NCBI GenBank assembly: GCA_965116885.1
Contig: OZ220741.1
Coordinates: forward strand, 3,520,001 to 3,584,000
DNA from: Candidatus Latescibacterota bacterium
Lineage (GTDB): Bacteria; Latescibacterota; UBA2968
Reading direction: 5' to 3'
Length of the DNA stretch: 64,000 bases
Both the position numbers and the translations under genes were made by a program. The notes under the pieces were generated by a model. It saw nothing but the letters and a program-made list of their open reading frames with translations. It was not told the DNA's origin and ran no database searches. This document shows positions 38,884-48,859 of this stretch, piece by piece (the first letter of the stretch is position 1; each line of letters starts with the position of its first letter).

Positions 38884-39774
38884 TCAGGGGTATGGTGAAC
38901 GGGGAGAAGCCTTTGCTCTTCGACTCTGCACAGCAAAACCGGCTTCTTCGAGAAGGTGTATGATTCGGTTGGCAGCTTTCATGTAGTTCTCTCGGCCGGA
39001 GACGTGGAATTTCTGAGAATGAAGCAAGTGTGGCTCTACGGTGATACAGCCTGAGTAGTTCATTTGGGAAAGGCGTTTGAAGATTTCGGGATATCCGCAT
39101 TTTCCGTCGCCAGCAATACAATAGGTGCTGGTGTCGCCAGGTTCTCGAATGTCTTTCACGTGGACATTGGTGATGTAATCTTTCACGTTTTCAAAAATGT
39201 CGATTCCAACTTCGCCATGAGCACCAAAGTTGCCGGGGTCAAAGTTGAGTCGGAAATTCGGAGAATTAACAGCTTGAAGTGCTCTTAAACATTCGGAGGC
39301 GGTGCAGACGGCGGACGTTTTATTGGGTGGATTTTCGAGTATAAGGGTTTTATTTCCCGCGGCAGCTATTTCGGTCATTGCGGTGTACATTTCAATGGCG
39401 ATTGCAAACCAGTCGGTTCCTGCGTCGCCTTTTTTATATCCCATCGTGCGCAGTAGGGTTGTGCCAACGTAGTCGGCACGTTGAACGGCGCGGGTGATGT
39501 GCGATATGTCCTGTGCGCGATTGGCTTCGTCGGGTACTGTGCGACCCACCTGACCGAGATAAGTGGTGACGGTAAAACCCCGTTCTTTGACGCGGTCTGC
39601 TACACGGATGAACGTGTCGTCATTCATCTGATCGACCATTTCACCATAGGCCGCACGCAGTTCAATAAATTTGATGCCAAGTTCATCGAGCACATCCAAA
39701 CCTTCATCCAGATCCCACGATGGACTGGGTTCGTCATTAACACCGGCAATGCAGACGGTTGGAGTTGTGTTCAT
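38884..39774 (-). CDS. Sugar phosphate isomerase/epimerase (AP endonuclease 2-type TIM barrel)
   Basis: IELR, ILEN, FDPGNF, HVKD and TVEPH. Confidence 0.88.
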   Translation of the reverse strand: MNTTPTVCIAGVNDEPSPSWDLDEGLDVLDELGIKFIELRAAYGEMVDQMNDDTFIRVADRVKERGFTVTTYLGQVGRTVPDEANRAQDISHITRAVQRADYVGTTLLRTMGYKKGDAGTDWFAIAIEMYTAMTEIAAAGNKTLILENPPNKTSAVCTASECLRALQAVNSPNFRLNFDPGNFGAHGEVGIDIFENVKDYITNVHVKDIREPGDTSTYCIAGDGKCGYPEIFKRLSQMNYSGCITVEPHLLHSQKFHVSGRENYMKAANRIIHLLEEAGFAVQSRRAKASPRSPYP

Positions 39775-39824
39775 AAAAACCTTCTTGATTAATTTTTGAG
39801 GTCATTAGCGTCTTCAGCGATCCC

Positions 39825-41396
39825 CTAATGCGCCCCGATCACCACCAGGTCACGCGGTGGTAACGGGAATTCCTGGAGCATGACGCGGTGCATCATTTCC
39901 TTCATTAGTTGCTGACGCGTCTGCTGGTACGCCGGATCATGCACGACGTTGACCAGTTCGTCTGGGTCCCTGGTGAGATCATAGAGTTCTTCCCCGTCAT
40001 CGCGCCCCGGCGTGACCGAGTAGCGGAACTCGCGGTTTCGCAGTGTCTCTTTCCACGGGAACTTCATGATCCCTTCATGGAAGGGCGACTCGCACAGGCC
40101 GCCGAATGACTCGGAGAATGCCGACTGCCGCCAGTCTGAAACCCGATCTCCCTTGCACAGGGGCATCAGCGAACGGCCGGTACATAGCGGATGGCCATCG
40201 CCGACTCCACGCCGCGACAGAGGCCTCGGGTGCTGTTCTATAAGTGTTTCGTGCATATCCAACACGGTAGGGCAGATGTCCTCGTGCTGCACGAAGAGGT
40301 CGCAAGTGCTGTCCCGCTTCAGGCCCGGTCCGGCTACAATCAGCGGGATGCGGATGACGGCGTCGTAGTGTCTGGCGGATTTTCCGCCCAGATTGTGGTC
40401 CATGAGCATCTCGCCGTGGTCCGACACAAAGATGAAGTAGCTGTTCTCCATTCTGCCAACCTGTTCCAGACGCTCCATGATGCGGCCGATCTGTTCGTCG
40501 AGGTGGATGAAGTCGGCGAAGTAGAGCTTGCGGTAGTAGCGCCAGTTGGGGATCTTGTCAGGCCCATTCCAGTGGTCCGTGTCGTAACCGACAGGGTCGG
40601 GGATGAGATCCTCGTTCACTCTATCTAAGAATCGCGCAGGTGGATGAAACGGGGGATGGGGCTGCACATAGCTGATGTGGGTGTATAGAGGTTGATCCGC
40701 GGGCGTTTCATCGATGAAATTCAGGGCATGTTCCGTGATCCAATTGGTTTGCGAGATCTCTTCTGGGAAGGGTAGGGGATAGTAGCCTTCGGTGCGGGTT
40801 TTGTTTCCTCCGTCATCGCCTTTAGACCACGCCATTTTTTTCTTTGCCCGGCGCATCCTTTCGGTCAGGTTGACTTTCCGCTCGCCATACGCATCGTAAT
40901 ATGGCAACTGAGAATTCCAGTTTGCCGGGGTTGCCATGATCGCATCATAGTGTTCGGGATGCTCCTTCTCGATCCAGTCGTGCCACTCGCCAGTTCGGTT
41001 GTCTTCGGTGTTGTGGACAACGTCCCAGCCATATTCCCGGTAGTCCGGGTATGGGTAGTATTCCGAGTCAAAGGGATAGAAGTGGATCTTGCCAAACGCG
41101 CCGGTTCGCCATCCGGCCATCTGCAATGTCTTCATGAAGGTGGGGATGTCGGGATTGAGTCGGTAGCCATTGGAGAGCAGGCCGTGGCCTCGGCTGGTCA
41201 GACCCGTGGCAATGCCCGCCCGGGCCGGACAGCAGACCGGGTTGTTGGAAAACGCATTGGTGAAGGTCACGCCCATGCTCTGGAGGCGTTTCAGGTTGGG
41301 CAGGCCGCAGATGCCATTCATGGCCGCTTCCAACCACTTCGCCCCCATCTGATCGACCATGAGGAAGATGACGTTGGGTTTGTTGTTTGAGCTCAT
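39825..41396 (-). CDS. Sulfatase
   Basis: PNVIFLMVDQ, CCPAR, GKIH and SDHGE. Start set at MSSNNKPN to avoid overlap with the upstream gene. Confidence 0.93.
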   Translation of the reverse strand: MSSNNKPNVIFLMVDQMGAKWLEAAMNGICGLPNLKRLQSMGVTFTNAFSNNPVCCPARAGIATGLTSRGHGLLSNGYRLNPDIPTFMKTLQMAGWRTGAFGKIHFYPFDSEYYPYPDYREYGWDVVHNTEDNRTGEWHDWIEKEHPEHYDAIMATPANWNSQLPYYDAYGERKVNLTERMRRAKKKMAWSKGDDGGNKTRTEGYYPLPFPEEISQTNWITEHALNFIDETPADQPLYTHISYVQPHPPFHPPARFLDRVNEDLIPDPVGYDTDHWNGPDKIPNWRYYRKLYFADFIHLDEQIGRIMERLEQVGRMENSYFIFVSDHGEMLMDHNLGGKSARHYDAVIRIPLIVAGPGLKRDSTCDLFVQHEDICPTVLDMHETLIEQHPRPLSRRGVGDGHPLCTGRSLMPLCKGDRVSDWRQSAFSESFGGLCESPFHEGIMKFPWKETLRNREFRYSVTPGRDDGEELYDLTRDPDELVNVVHDPAYQQTRQQLMKEMMHRVMLQEFPLPPRDLVVIGAH

Positions 41397-41424
41397 CGAC
41401 AAGCCTCTTATCAGGTTACATTTT

Positions 41425-43059
41425 TTAGTGAATACCAAACCAGAACAGATCACGCGGAGACACAGGATAATCCTGGCGGATAATCTGTTCCATCAGGCGA
41501 TCTTTCATCTCCCGGCGTAAAGCGGCATGCTCCGGATCATTGACAAGATTCTTCTGCTCGTCCGGATCCGCCTCGAGATCGAAAAGCTGCTCGCCGTGTC
41601 CATCGGGGTAAAATGTATATCGGTATCTGGATGTGCGTACGGTGCGTGCCCAGGCTCCCAGACTCCCTGGACCGAAGCATGGAAAAGATTCAACGTACGC
41701 CTCTTCCCGCCAATCGTCCGGCACCTCTCCACGGCAAAGCTCAACCAATGACCTTCCTGAAATCGCTGGCGCACTGTCGTCCAGGCGGCCACCAAAATGG
41801 CGAAAACGCAGGTGAGGCAGGGGCACGTCGGTCATTTCGAGAATGGTGGGGCAAAGGTCTTCCAGTTGTACAATTTCCTGGTGTACGGCATTCTTCTGCA
41901 GGCCGGGACCAGCAATGATTAGTGGCACCCGAATGCCGCCGTCGTAGTGGCGCTCCTGTTTTTGCCAGAAGCCGTGATCACCGAGAAATTCACCGTGATC
42001 AGACACAAAAATGATGTACGTGCTGTCAAGACGCCTGGCGTCTTGCAAAGCCTTCCTGACCCGACCCAGTTGTTCGTCCAGGTGGGTAATGTCGGCGAAG
42101 TAGCAATGACGCTCGTGGCTGAGATCCGGTATCAGGGGGGGCTGTTCATCCGTACCGGGTGTAACAGCTACATCTTTCATCCAGGATGGTCGATCGTCGC
42201 TCTCGCCGTGCAACACCCGCGCCATTTTCTGAAAATATTCGGGTGCGTCAGTATCGTTGAGCCAATCCGCGGGGATCGGAGCGGGAATTTTCTCCGGGTT
42301 GACGCGGTCCATGAATTCGTCTGGAGGACAAAACGGGCCGTGGGGTGCCACGTAGCTGATATGGGCAAAGAAAGACTGCTCTGAATGGGTGTCGCGGATG
42401 AAATCCAGCGCCCTTGCAGTTATCCACGATGACTGCGATACCTCCTCGGGAAACGGCAGTGTATAGGCCTTGGGAGAGTTCTGGGGCCACGCCTCTGTGG
42501 GGTGTGGATAACGCTCTTTAGCGGCGCGTATGGCCGGTCTGAGATCGACGCCGTCGGGACCGTATTCGGCGTAACCCGGAACAGCGGGCCAGGCCGTTGA
42601 AAGGGCCGCTTCATAATGTTCAGGATGCGCCTCTTTGACCCAGTCGAGCCACTCGCCGGCGCGGTCATCCTCAGTGCCGTGTACGACATCGAAACCATAG
42701 GGGTGGTAGTCGTGTACGAGGCTTTCGTGATGCGGCCTGAGGTGTAGCTTTCCGAAAGCGCCAGTCCGCCACCCTTCCTTTTGCAGTGCTTGCATGAAGG
42801 TCGGAATCTCAGGGTTGAGCGCGTATCCGTTCATGATCAAACCATGCGCTCTCGAACAAAGCCCGGTGGCAATCGTTGCCCGGGTAGGTGAGCATACCGG
42901 ATTGCTGGAGAATGTCCGGGTAAAGGACGTGCCGTTTTCACGCAGCCAGTCCAGGTTCGGCAGGGCACAAATTCCTTTGTCCCGAGCCACTTCGAGCCAC
43001 CTGGCCGACAACTGATCGACCATAAAAAGGATAACGTTGGGTTTATTTTGTGACTGCAT
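41425..43059 (-). CDS. Sulfatase
   Basis: PNVILFMVDQ, CSPTR, GKLH and SDHGE. Confidence 0.93.
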   Translation of the reverse strand: MQSQNKPNVILFMVDQLSARWLEVARDKGICALPNLDWLRENGTSFTRTFSSNPVCSPTRATIATGLCSRAHGLIMNGYALNPEIPTFMQALQKEGWRTGAFGKLHLRPHHESLVHDYHPYGFDVVHGTEDDRAGEWLDWVKEAHPEHYEAALSTAWPAVPGYAEYGPDGVDLRPAIRAAKERYPHPTEAWPQNSPKAYTLPFPEEVSQSSWITARALDFIRDTHSEQSFFAHISYVAPHGPFCPPDEFMDRVNPEKIPAPIPADWLNDTDAPEYFQKMARVLHGESDDRPSWMKDVAVTPGTDEQPPLIPDLSHERHCYFADITHLDEQLGRVRKALQDARRLDSTYIIFVSDHGEFLGDHGFWQKQERHYDGGIRVPLIIAGPGLQKNAVHQEIVQLEDLCPTILEMTDVPLPHLRFRHFGGRLDDSAPAISGRSLVELCRGEVPDDWREEAYVESFPCFGPGSLGAWARTVRTSRYRYTFYPDGHGEQLFDLEADPDEQKNLVNDPEHAALRREMKDRLMEQIIRQDYPVSPRDLFWFGIH

Positions 43060-43087
43060 AATGCCCCTGATGCGCTGTTTGAGCGTT

Positions 43088-44242
43088 TTAGTCGATAATC
43101 TTTGTTTCTACAGTCATTTTATTTATTGCATCCCAATTCCACTCTACGCCCATCCCGGGTCCATCTGGTACATCTACATTACCATCTGCATCCACCGCTT
43201 CAAGACCATCCTCATATCCTTCGAGAAAAATGTCAGAAGTCAGTTGCAAACATTCTGTATCGGGATGGACCCAAACCATTTCATAATAATTCGAATTGCC
43301 TATGGCAGACATCACATGTCTTTGCGCTGGACCAACGCCGTGAATTTCAATATCTGCGCCTACCGTTTCAGCCGCTGACGCCAGTTTCTTCGTTCCCGTG
43401 ATTCCATCTCCATTTACATTGCCCCTGATAAAATCTGTCGATCCGGACAACAGCATATTCATCTTTCCAGAGATTCCCGTAACTTTTTCCCCTTGAAGAA
43501 GTGGTGTATCGAGAAACTCTTTTAGTCTCTGGTGTCCGTGCTCAGTCGTGCCGTCCCCAATAAAATAAGGATCCTCTATCCAATAAAAACCGGCTTCATC
43601 GCAGGCTCTTCCAACTTTTAAAGCATCCGCAAATGTTGAATAATAGTTAAATGCATCCAGCATTAAATCCATCTTTCCTCCGACTCTATCGGCCACAGCG
43701 TGTATCAAGTTTATATGGTCTTGAATATCAGGTCTGGGGAATGGATGGATCTTAAATCCTTTATAACCTATTTTTAGGCATTGTTCAGCAAAATCAGCGT
43801 ACGATTCTGGCGTGGATAAGCCCCCTTTTAATCCTTCTTCTCCTCCGTTCATCGTACTGGCATAAGCGGGCAACTTTTTTCTATATCCTCCCAATAACTC
43901 AGATACGGAGAGGTCCGTCATTTTTCCAAGGATATCCCATAATATGATGTCAACAGATGCGTGCAACCCACTTAGATGAAACTTATTGAAATCTTGCCAG
44001 ATTTCTTCCCTTGCAAGTGGATTCCGTCCCAATAAGTCGTGAGCAATGCGAGAAATATCATGGCTAATCGGATAGGTTCCGACGACTCCACAATCAGTAT
44101 AAATACTGGTCAGGTGTTTACTCATTGAAAGATTCACGCCCGGGTTATAGGTCATCCACGAAGAATATGTACCAGGTCCACAATCTTTGATTTGCCACTG
44201 AATCCTTTTTATTTCAATCTTCTTTATTTTGGGCGATTTCAT
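43088..44242 (-). CDS. Mandelate racemase/muconate lactonizing enzyme family protein
   Basis: DIILWDILGK, LPAYAST, FKIH, WIEDP and EIHG. Same subfamily as 19520-20680 but much more AT-rich. Start at MKSPK after AGGAG. Confidence 0.9.
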   Translation of the reverse strand: MKSPKIKKIEIKRIQWQIKDCGPGTYSSWMTYNPGVNLSMSKHLTSIYTDCGVVGTYPISHDISRIAHDLLGRNPLAREEIWQDFNKFHLSGLHASVDIILWDILGKMTDLSVSELLGGYRKKLPAYASTMNGGEEGLKGGLSTPESYADFAEQCLKIGYKGFKIHPFPRPDIQDHINLIHAVADRVGGKMDLMLDAFNYYSTFADALKVGRACDEAGFYWIEDPYFIGDGTTEHGHQRLKEFLDTPLLQGEKVTGISGKMNMLLSGSTDFIRGNVNGDGITGTKKLASAAETVGADIEIHGVGPAQRHVMSAIGNSNYYEMVWVHPDTECLQLTSDIFLEGYEDGLEAVDADGNVDVPDGPGMGVEWNWDAINKMTVETKIID

Positions 44243-44341
44243 CTCTATCTCCTGGTCTGAGACCATCGCAGAGAAGACGGTTAGCTTTAGCAGGTTTTTC
44301 AACAACCTGCATAGGGAACGGTTAAACGTTGACAAATAACC

Positions 44342-45280
44342 TTATGCTGATTTTCCGGGCGGGCAGATCGTGTCTATCTTGTCCAGGATGGCTTTATTGA
44401 GTTCCCCGTCGGCAGCGGCAGCGTTCTGTTTTGCCTGCTCGGGTGTTTTCATTCCGGGAATAGGGCAGGTGACGGCAGGATTGGCGAGGGTGAACTTGAG
44501 CGCGAGATCAACCATGTTCCTGCCTTCGGGCACTAACTCACGAATCGCCGCAACCTTGTCGAGTTTGGCGAGGAAATCATCGCGTTGACTTCCCCCTGTA
44601 TTCCAGTGATCTCGAACCGTGTCTTCAAACCTTGTATCTGCCGTGAATTTATCCGCCAAAAGACCCTGAGCTATTGGTCCGCGCAGTAACACCCCGATAT
44701 TGTTGTCCAGACAGTGGGGGAGGATGTCATTCTCAGGTCGCCGGTTAAAGAGCGAGTAGTTGATCTGGCACGATGCACATGCGCCCTCTGAGTTGAGCGC
44801 TTTGAGCGAATTTAGGTCGTTGGTAGATATCGCGTAGTGACGGATCTTTCCCTCTTTCTTGAGCAACTCAAAGGCTTCGACAAAGATCTCGGGATGTTCC
44901 GGGGTTCCGATGTGACACTGATACAGGTCAATATAATCTGTATCGAGCCGGTAAAGGCTTGCGTGACAGCAATTGATGATGCTGTATATCGTCTTGTACC
45001 CGAGGGGATCTCCCTGACGGCGTCCCCAGTTGCCAACCTTTGTCGCGATATAGACCTCAGATCGCTTGCTTTTCAGCGCTTTGCCTGTGTAGATTTCACT
45101 CTGACCACAACCGTAGCCATCCGCGGTGTCAAACAAATTAACGCCTGCATCGAGAGCCGCGTTGATGGTGTCGAGGGCCTGCTGTTCTTCAACCGGACCC
45201 CACTGTCCGCCGATGCCCCAGCATCCCATGGAGACAGTGCTCACATTCCACCCCGTTTTCCCAAGCGTTCTATACTGCAT
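44342..45280 (-). CDS. Aldo/keto reductase
   Basis: YRTLGKTG, FDTADGYG, IATK, DYIDLYQCH and PIPG. Confidence 0.94.
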   Translation of the reverse strand: MQYRTLGKTGWNVSTVSMGCWGIGGQWGPVEEQQALDTINAALDAGVNLFDTADGYGCGQSEIYTGKALKSKRSEVYIATKVGNWGRRQGDPLGYKTIYSIINCCHASLYRLDTDYIDLYQCHIGTPEHPEIFVEAFELLKKEGKIRHYAISTNDLNSLKALNSEGACASCQINYSLFNRRPENDILPHCLDNNIGVLLRGPIAQGLLADKFTADTRFEDTVRDHWNTGGSQRDDFLAKLDKVAAIRELVPEGRNMVDLALKFTLANPAVTCPIPGMKTPEQAKQNAAAADGELNKAILDKIDTICPPGKSA

Positions 45281-45293
45281 GGTATTCCTCCGT

Positions 45294-46142
45294 TTATGCT
45301 TTTTCCCGACGAGGCGTCACTCGCCAGTCGGTTCGCAGTTTGGCAACGCGGTCGGCTGGCGGCTGCAGGAAGCACTTGACTCTTTCACTGGCTTTCGCTT
45401 GCAGCTCAGGCCCGACGAGTTCCCAGGCGTTGTAGAACAGCCGGTCGCTGTTTGGTACGATGCGGATGTTCAGGGTGCGTCGGGGCTTGTGAGTCTGATT
45501 TACGCCCGCGCAATGCAGGCCCCCCGCGTTTACAATCAGTAAATCACCCGGATCGCCGGTCGCCTGGATCTTGTTGCTGTCTGAATCCGGCTCGGGATCC
45601 ATCATTTCGGGTTCGTCGGCTTTGAAACAATGTGTGCGCGGAATCAACCGGGTACCGCCATTTTCCGCTGAATAGCCGTCGAGCATAAAGAAGAACCACA
45701 GACCGTTGTGCTTGCCTTCGTCCGTGAGGCCGGGCCTGAAGTCGCGATGGAAGCGCCCCTGCCGCGCTTCCGGGTGATAGCGTACAGTGTTGGCAACGAG
45801 ATCTAAGAAATGGTAGGTGCCCAGAGCGCGTTCGCAGATCCCGTGAACGGTGTCGTGGTCGAGCAGATCCATGGCCGCTTTACCCCACATGAAACAGGCG
45901 CGGGCGTTCGGATTGATTGTGAAGTTGCGTTTTCCCTTTCCGTCGAGAATACGCACTTCGGGCAACTTCATCCCTCCTCGCCACTCGGCGATGTAATCAT
46001 CCGCAGCACGCTGGGCGATATCCCGAAGAGGATCGAGATACTCGGGCGCGATTTGCTCCCGCAGGATGACATAACCGTTTTCTTGCAGATCGGCTACATG
46101 TGCGTCCAATTCCTCGTCGCTCATTGGATGGACTGGTTGCAT
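45294..46142 (-). CDS. PhyH-family dioxygenase
   Basis: FHRD, ENGGTRLIPRTH, LHCAG and PRR. Confidence 0.9.
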   Translation of the reverse strand: MQPVHPMSDEELDAHVADLQENGYVILREQIAPEYLDPLRDIAQRAADDYIAEWRGGMKLPEVRILDGKGKRNFTINPNARACFMWGKAAMDLLDHDTVHGICERALGTYHFLDLVANTVRYHPEARQGRFHRDFRPGLTDEGKHNGLWFFFMLDGYSAENGGTRLIPRTHCFKADEPEMMDPEPDSDSNKIQATGDPGDLLIVNAGGLHCAGVNQTHKPRRTLNIRIVPNSDRLFYNAWELVGPELQAKASERVKCFLQPPADRVAKLRTDWRVTPRREKA

Positions 46143-46181
46143 AGGTTGATCTCCTTATTGTTCGTCCACAATGTTTGTCCT

Positions 46182-48689
46182 TCAGTCTTTTTTTAACTCG
46201 GGAATATTGTTCGGCATAAAAGATATCTCTCGCATACCTTCGTCGCCCAAAAACTGAATTGTAACACCACCTATGGATAGCATGTGCTGCAAATCCTCAA
46301 TATTTCTCACCTTCTCATTGTCCACAGACAAAATCACAGTATCGCCCAATAACCCTACCTGAGCGGCTTCTGACTCTACTGGAACATCAATTACCAAAAC
46401 ACCATCATTGTGCTCTAATTCCACCGCCCCAATCACCGCAGATTCCCGACCATAATTTACCAGACTACGCAAGGTTGCTCCCATCCAGTCATACAGATCA
46501 GCATTGACATAGGTGCCCCAAAACTCAGCGTTTTTATCAAACGCTTGCCCCAGGCCAGACCAGATTCGCACATCAGATTTGAACCTCGAATCTTGCACGC
46601 CAAATTGATCCATAGGGAAATTTTTAAATCCGACCTCAGATCCAAATTTCGCCCGATAATCTCCAGATGATGGATTGTAAAAACCTGGATCACATGTTTT
46701 CGAATGCACGTCCAGACCCAACGCCCTGTGATCTTCCGGAGGCTCATAAACCGCAAACAGATTTTCATCCACCAAATTATCTTCTCCCTGGCAACCCGCC
46801 ATTCCCATTCCGCGCGGTGAATAAGCTTCTCGACGAACAAGAATATTTCGCCGAACCACATCGCCGCTATTGGGATACCAAACGTGTGGGCTGAATAAGG
46901 TAGAAATATTGTTCTCTACAGTTCGAAAAAAGCCTTCACGCAACTTGATACCACCTTGCAAGCACAAATTGCCATAAACGTGATAATGCCCAGACCCATC
47001 GTCTAAATCAATATCGTATCCATGCGCACATTGAATCCGATTGTGGCGCAAAACAATTGGATCGACACAATCCAACTTCGCCATCGTGCGCATGCGGGCG
47101 AATTCTTCAGGTGTTGCCTCGCCCTTTAGCTTCATCCAGTACCGATCCCTTCCCCACGAATTATAAGCTCCGTGTTCTCGCGTGGCCATTGACGTATCAA
47201 AAATATCGTTCCATTCAATCACATGTCCACCCCAACATCCATCGTTCACATTGATCGCAGCACGCGGCACATCGTAAATACTATTATGACTGACTGTAAT
47301 CTCTTTGGCCTTAGAAATGAACACACCTGCAATCTGTTTCTCTACACTGCCCAACTGCGTCATCAAATTGTCGTGAATCACACACCGGACCGGATAATTA
47401 TTGTTCTGAGGCCCTGCTTCTAAATCGACCAACTCATGTCCTTCATCCAGCATTTCAGACGGCAACTTTGCCATACTCTCATTCTCAAATGGCCTGCCAT
47501 TTACCATCGGTGTTTCACCCCGCATACCTTCAGGCCACCCCCACCAATGTGCCCATCGCGACCTCACGGCAGAATTATTTCCCTCAAGTAAAACAGCACT
47601 CGCACCCGTCTTTACAAACCGACACCCGCTCACAGTGACGTTCCGACTATAATTTTGAATAAAAACCCCATTCCCACCTATGCGCTCAAACGAGCAATTT
47701 TGAACGGTGCACAATTCAGCGCCTTCAAAAACAATAGCGCCTCCCCGATACACCTTCCAATCGCCACCACTTGGTATGACATCCGTTTCCATAAACGTGT
47801 AAGACGTATGGGTCAGTGTCAGCCCATCCAGAGTGATATAACAAACGGGGTTGTCCTCCGACCCTCGAAACTCAAACAAATGCCTCAGCACCACAACTTC
47901 CACTGTGGCATCGTCAAGAGTCTGTCCTTCTTCAGGCTTGAAATACAGTGTATGAGTTTCTCGATCTAAAAACCATTCTTTAGGCGCGTCCAATTCTTCA
48001 AACACGTTTTCAATAAACATCCGCCCTTCAGCCAACACATCATACGGATTGGTTCTTCGCCCACTGTTTTGCCACCCACCTTCTACTTTCCGATCCTTCT
48101 CGTGCTCAAAGGTGTAAACCCCATCTGGATCTTTTTCCAAAATACGAAAGTGCAATGTACCCCACCCCAGCGACATCATCCCGTGTACAAAAGCACCCAC
48201 CGGATTGGCATATCCTTTTAAGCGCGCCGAATCAATGGCATCTTGAGAGGTCTCTGGCGAAACCCATCGAATGCTGCCATCAAAAAACCCATCTCGCGGA
48301 TCAGCATTTGGATAGCGACAGCGAACCATCTTTTCACCATTGATAAAAAGCTGATCAAAATCCAAGCCCTCAGGCACTTTAGCCTTCACCAGCCCATCTC
48401 CGGCGTCTTCCCAAATCAAGTCCACAGACTCTGCCCCACTAACAACAACCTCTTCGTCCTCATAAGCCCGATAAACAATGGGCGCATCTTTCGTCCCAGA
48501 ATCTTCTGCACCAAAAATGAGTGTCTCGTTCAAATAGTAAGTTCCCTGTCTCAAACACACTGTTATCGGCCCGTTTTGTTTGCATGCACGAACAACCTCT
48601 TGCGCCCGTTTTAGCGTAGCAAGAGGTTGTTCTTCGGTGCCAGAATTTCTATCATCGCCTTTAGATGAAACAAAAAGCGTCTGCCCCAT
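46182..48689 (-). CDS. Right-handed parallel beta-helix protein with C-terminal PDZ-like domain (GH141-like)
   Basis: GDDRNSGTEEQPLATL, ENVFEELDAPKEWF, HNSIYDVPRAAI, NSWGRDR and DIDLDDGS. Start at MGQTLFV after AAGGAG. Confidence 0.8.
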   Translation of the reverse strand: MGQTLFVSSKGDDRNSGTEEQPLATLKRAQEVVRACKQNGPITVCLRQGTYYLNETLIFGAEDSGTKDAPIVYRAYEDEEVVVSGAESVDLIWEDAGDGLVKAKVPEGLDFDQLFINGEKMVRCRYPNADPRDGFFDGSIRWVSPETSQDAIDSARLKGYANPVGAFVHGMMSLGWGTLHFRILEKDPDGVYTFEHEKDRKVEGGWQNSGRRTNPYDVLAEGRMFIENVFEELDAPKEWFLDRETHTLYFKPEEGQTLDDATVEVVVLRHLFEFRGSEDNPVCYITLDGLTLTHTSYTFMETDVIPSGGDWKVYRGGAIVFEGAELCTVQNCSFERIGGNGVFIQNYSRNVTVSGCRFVKTGASAVLLEGNNSAVRSRWAHWWGWPEGMRGETPMVNGRPFENESMAKLPSEMLDEGHELVDLEAGPQNNNYPVRCVIHDNLMTQLGSVEKQIAGVFISKAKEITVSHNSIYDVPRAAINVNDGCWGGHVIEWNDIFDTSMATREHGAYNSWGRDRYWMKLKGEATPEEFARMRTMAKLDCVDPIVLRHNRIQCAHGYDIDLDDGSGHYHVYGNLCLQGGIKLREGFFRTVENNISTLFSPHVWYPNSGDVVRRNILVRREAYSPRGMGMAGCQGEDNLVDENLFAVYEPPEDHRALGLDVHSKTCDPGFYNPSSGDYRAKFGSEVGFKNFPMDQFGVQDSRFKSDVRIWSGLGQAFDKNAEFWGTYVNADLYDWMGATLRSLVNYGRESAVIGAVELEHNDGVLVIDVPVESEAAQVGLLGDTVILSVDNEKVRNIEDLQHMLSIGGVTIQFLGDEGMREISFMPNNIPELKKD

Positions 48690-48693
48690 AAAA

Positions 48694-48857
48694 TCACTCC
48701 TTATCATAACCTGTTTTTCGATCTCCATCGACTTCCTTAGACCAAGTCGCGTACAGTTCCCAGGCATTAATGCTTTTCATCTCTTATCCTGTCTCTGTGG
48801 ATGTGTAAAAGGGCTGATCACGATATTCGGGTAGGAACCGCTGTTGTTATCACCCAT
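48694..48857 (-). pseudogene. Composite spacer of three sulfatase remnants
   Basis: 48727-48760 matches the C-terminus of 52925-54310 (27/34 nt). 48770-48786 matches the 52911-52927 stop/start junction (16/17). 48816-48857 encodes a sulfatase-like start, MGDNNSGSYPNIVI. Confidence 0.75.
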
Positions 48858-48859
48858 CA

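Noticed and set aside
44290..44310. Hairpin GCAGGTTTTTCAACAACCTGC resembling an IS terminal repeat
   Set aside because: No partner end or transposase. It could equally be a weak terminator.
1229..48767. Long N-terminal extensions in the ORF track (starts 1229, 8684, 10958, 15178, 41453, 44335, 48767)
   Set aside because: They overlap neighbouring genes or scars. Downstream starts with better RBS or paralog support were used instead.
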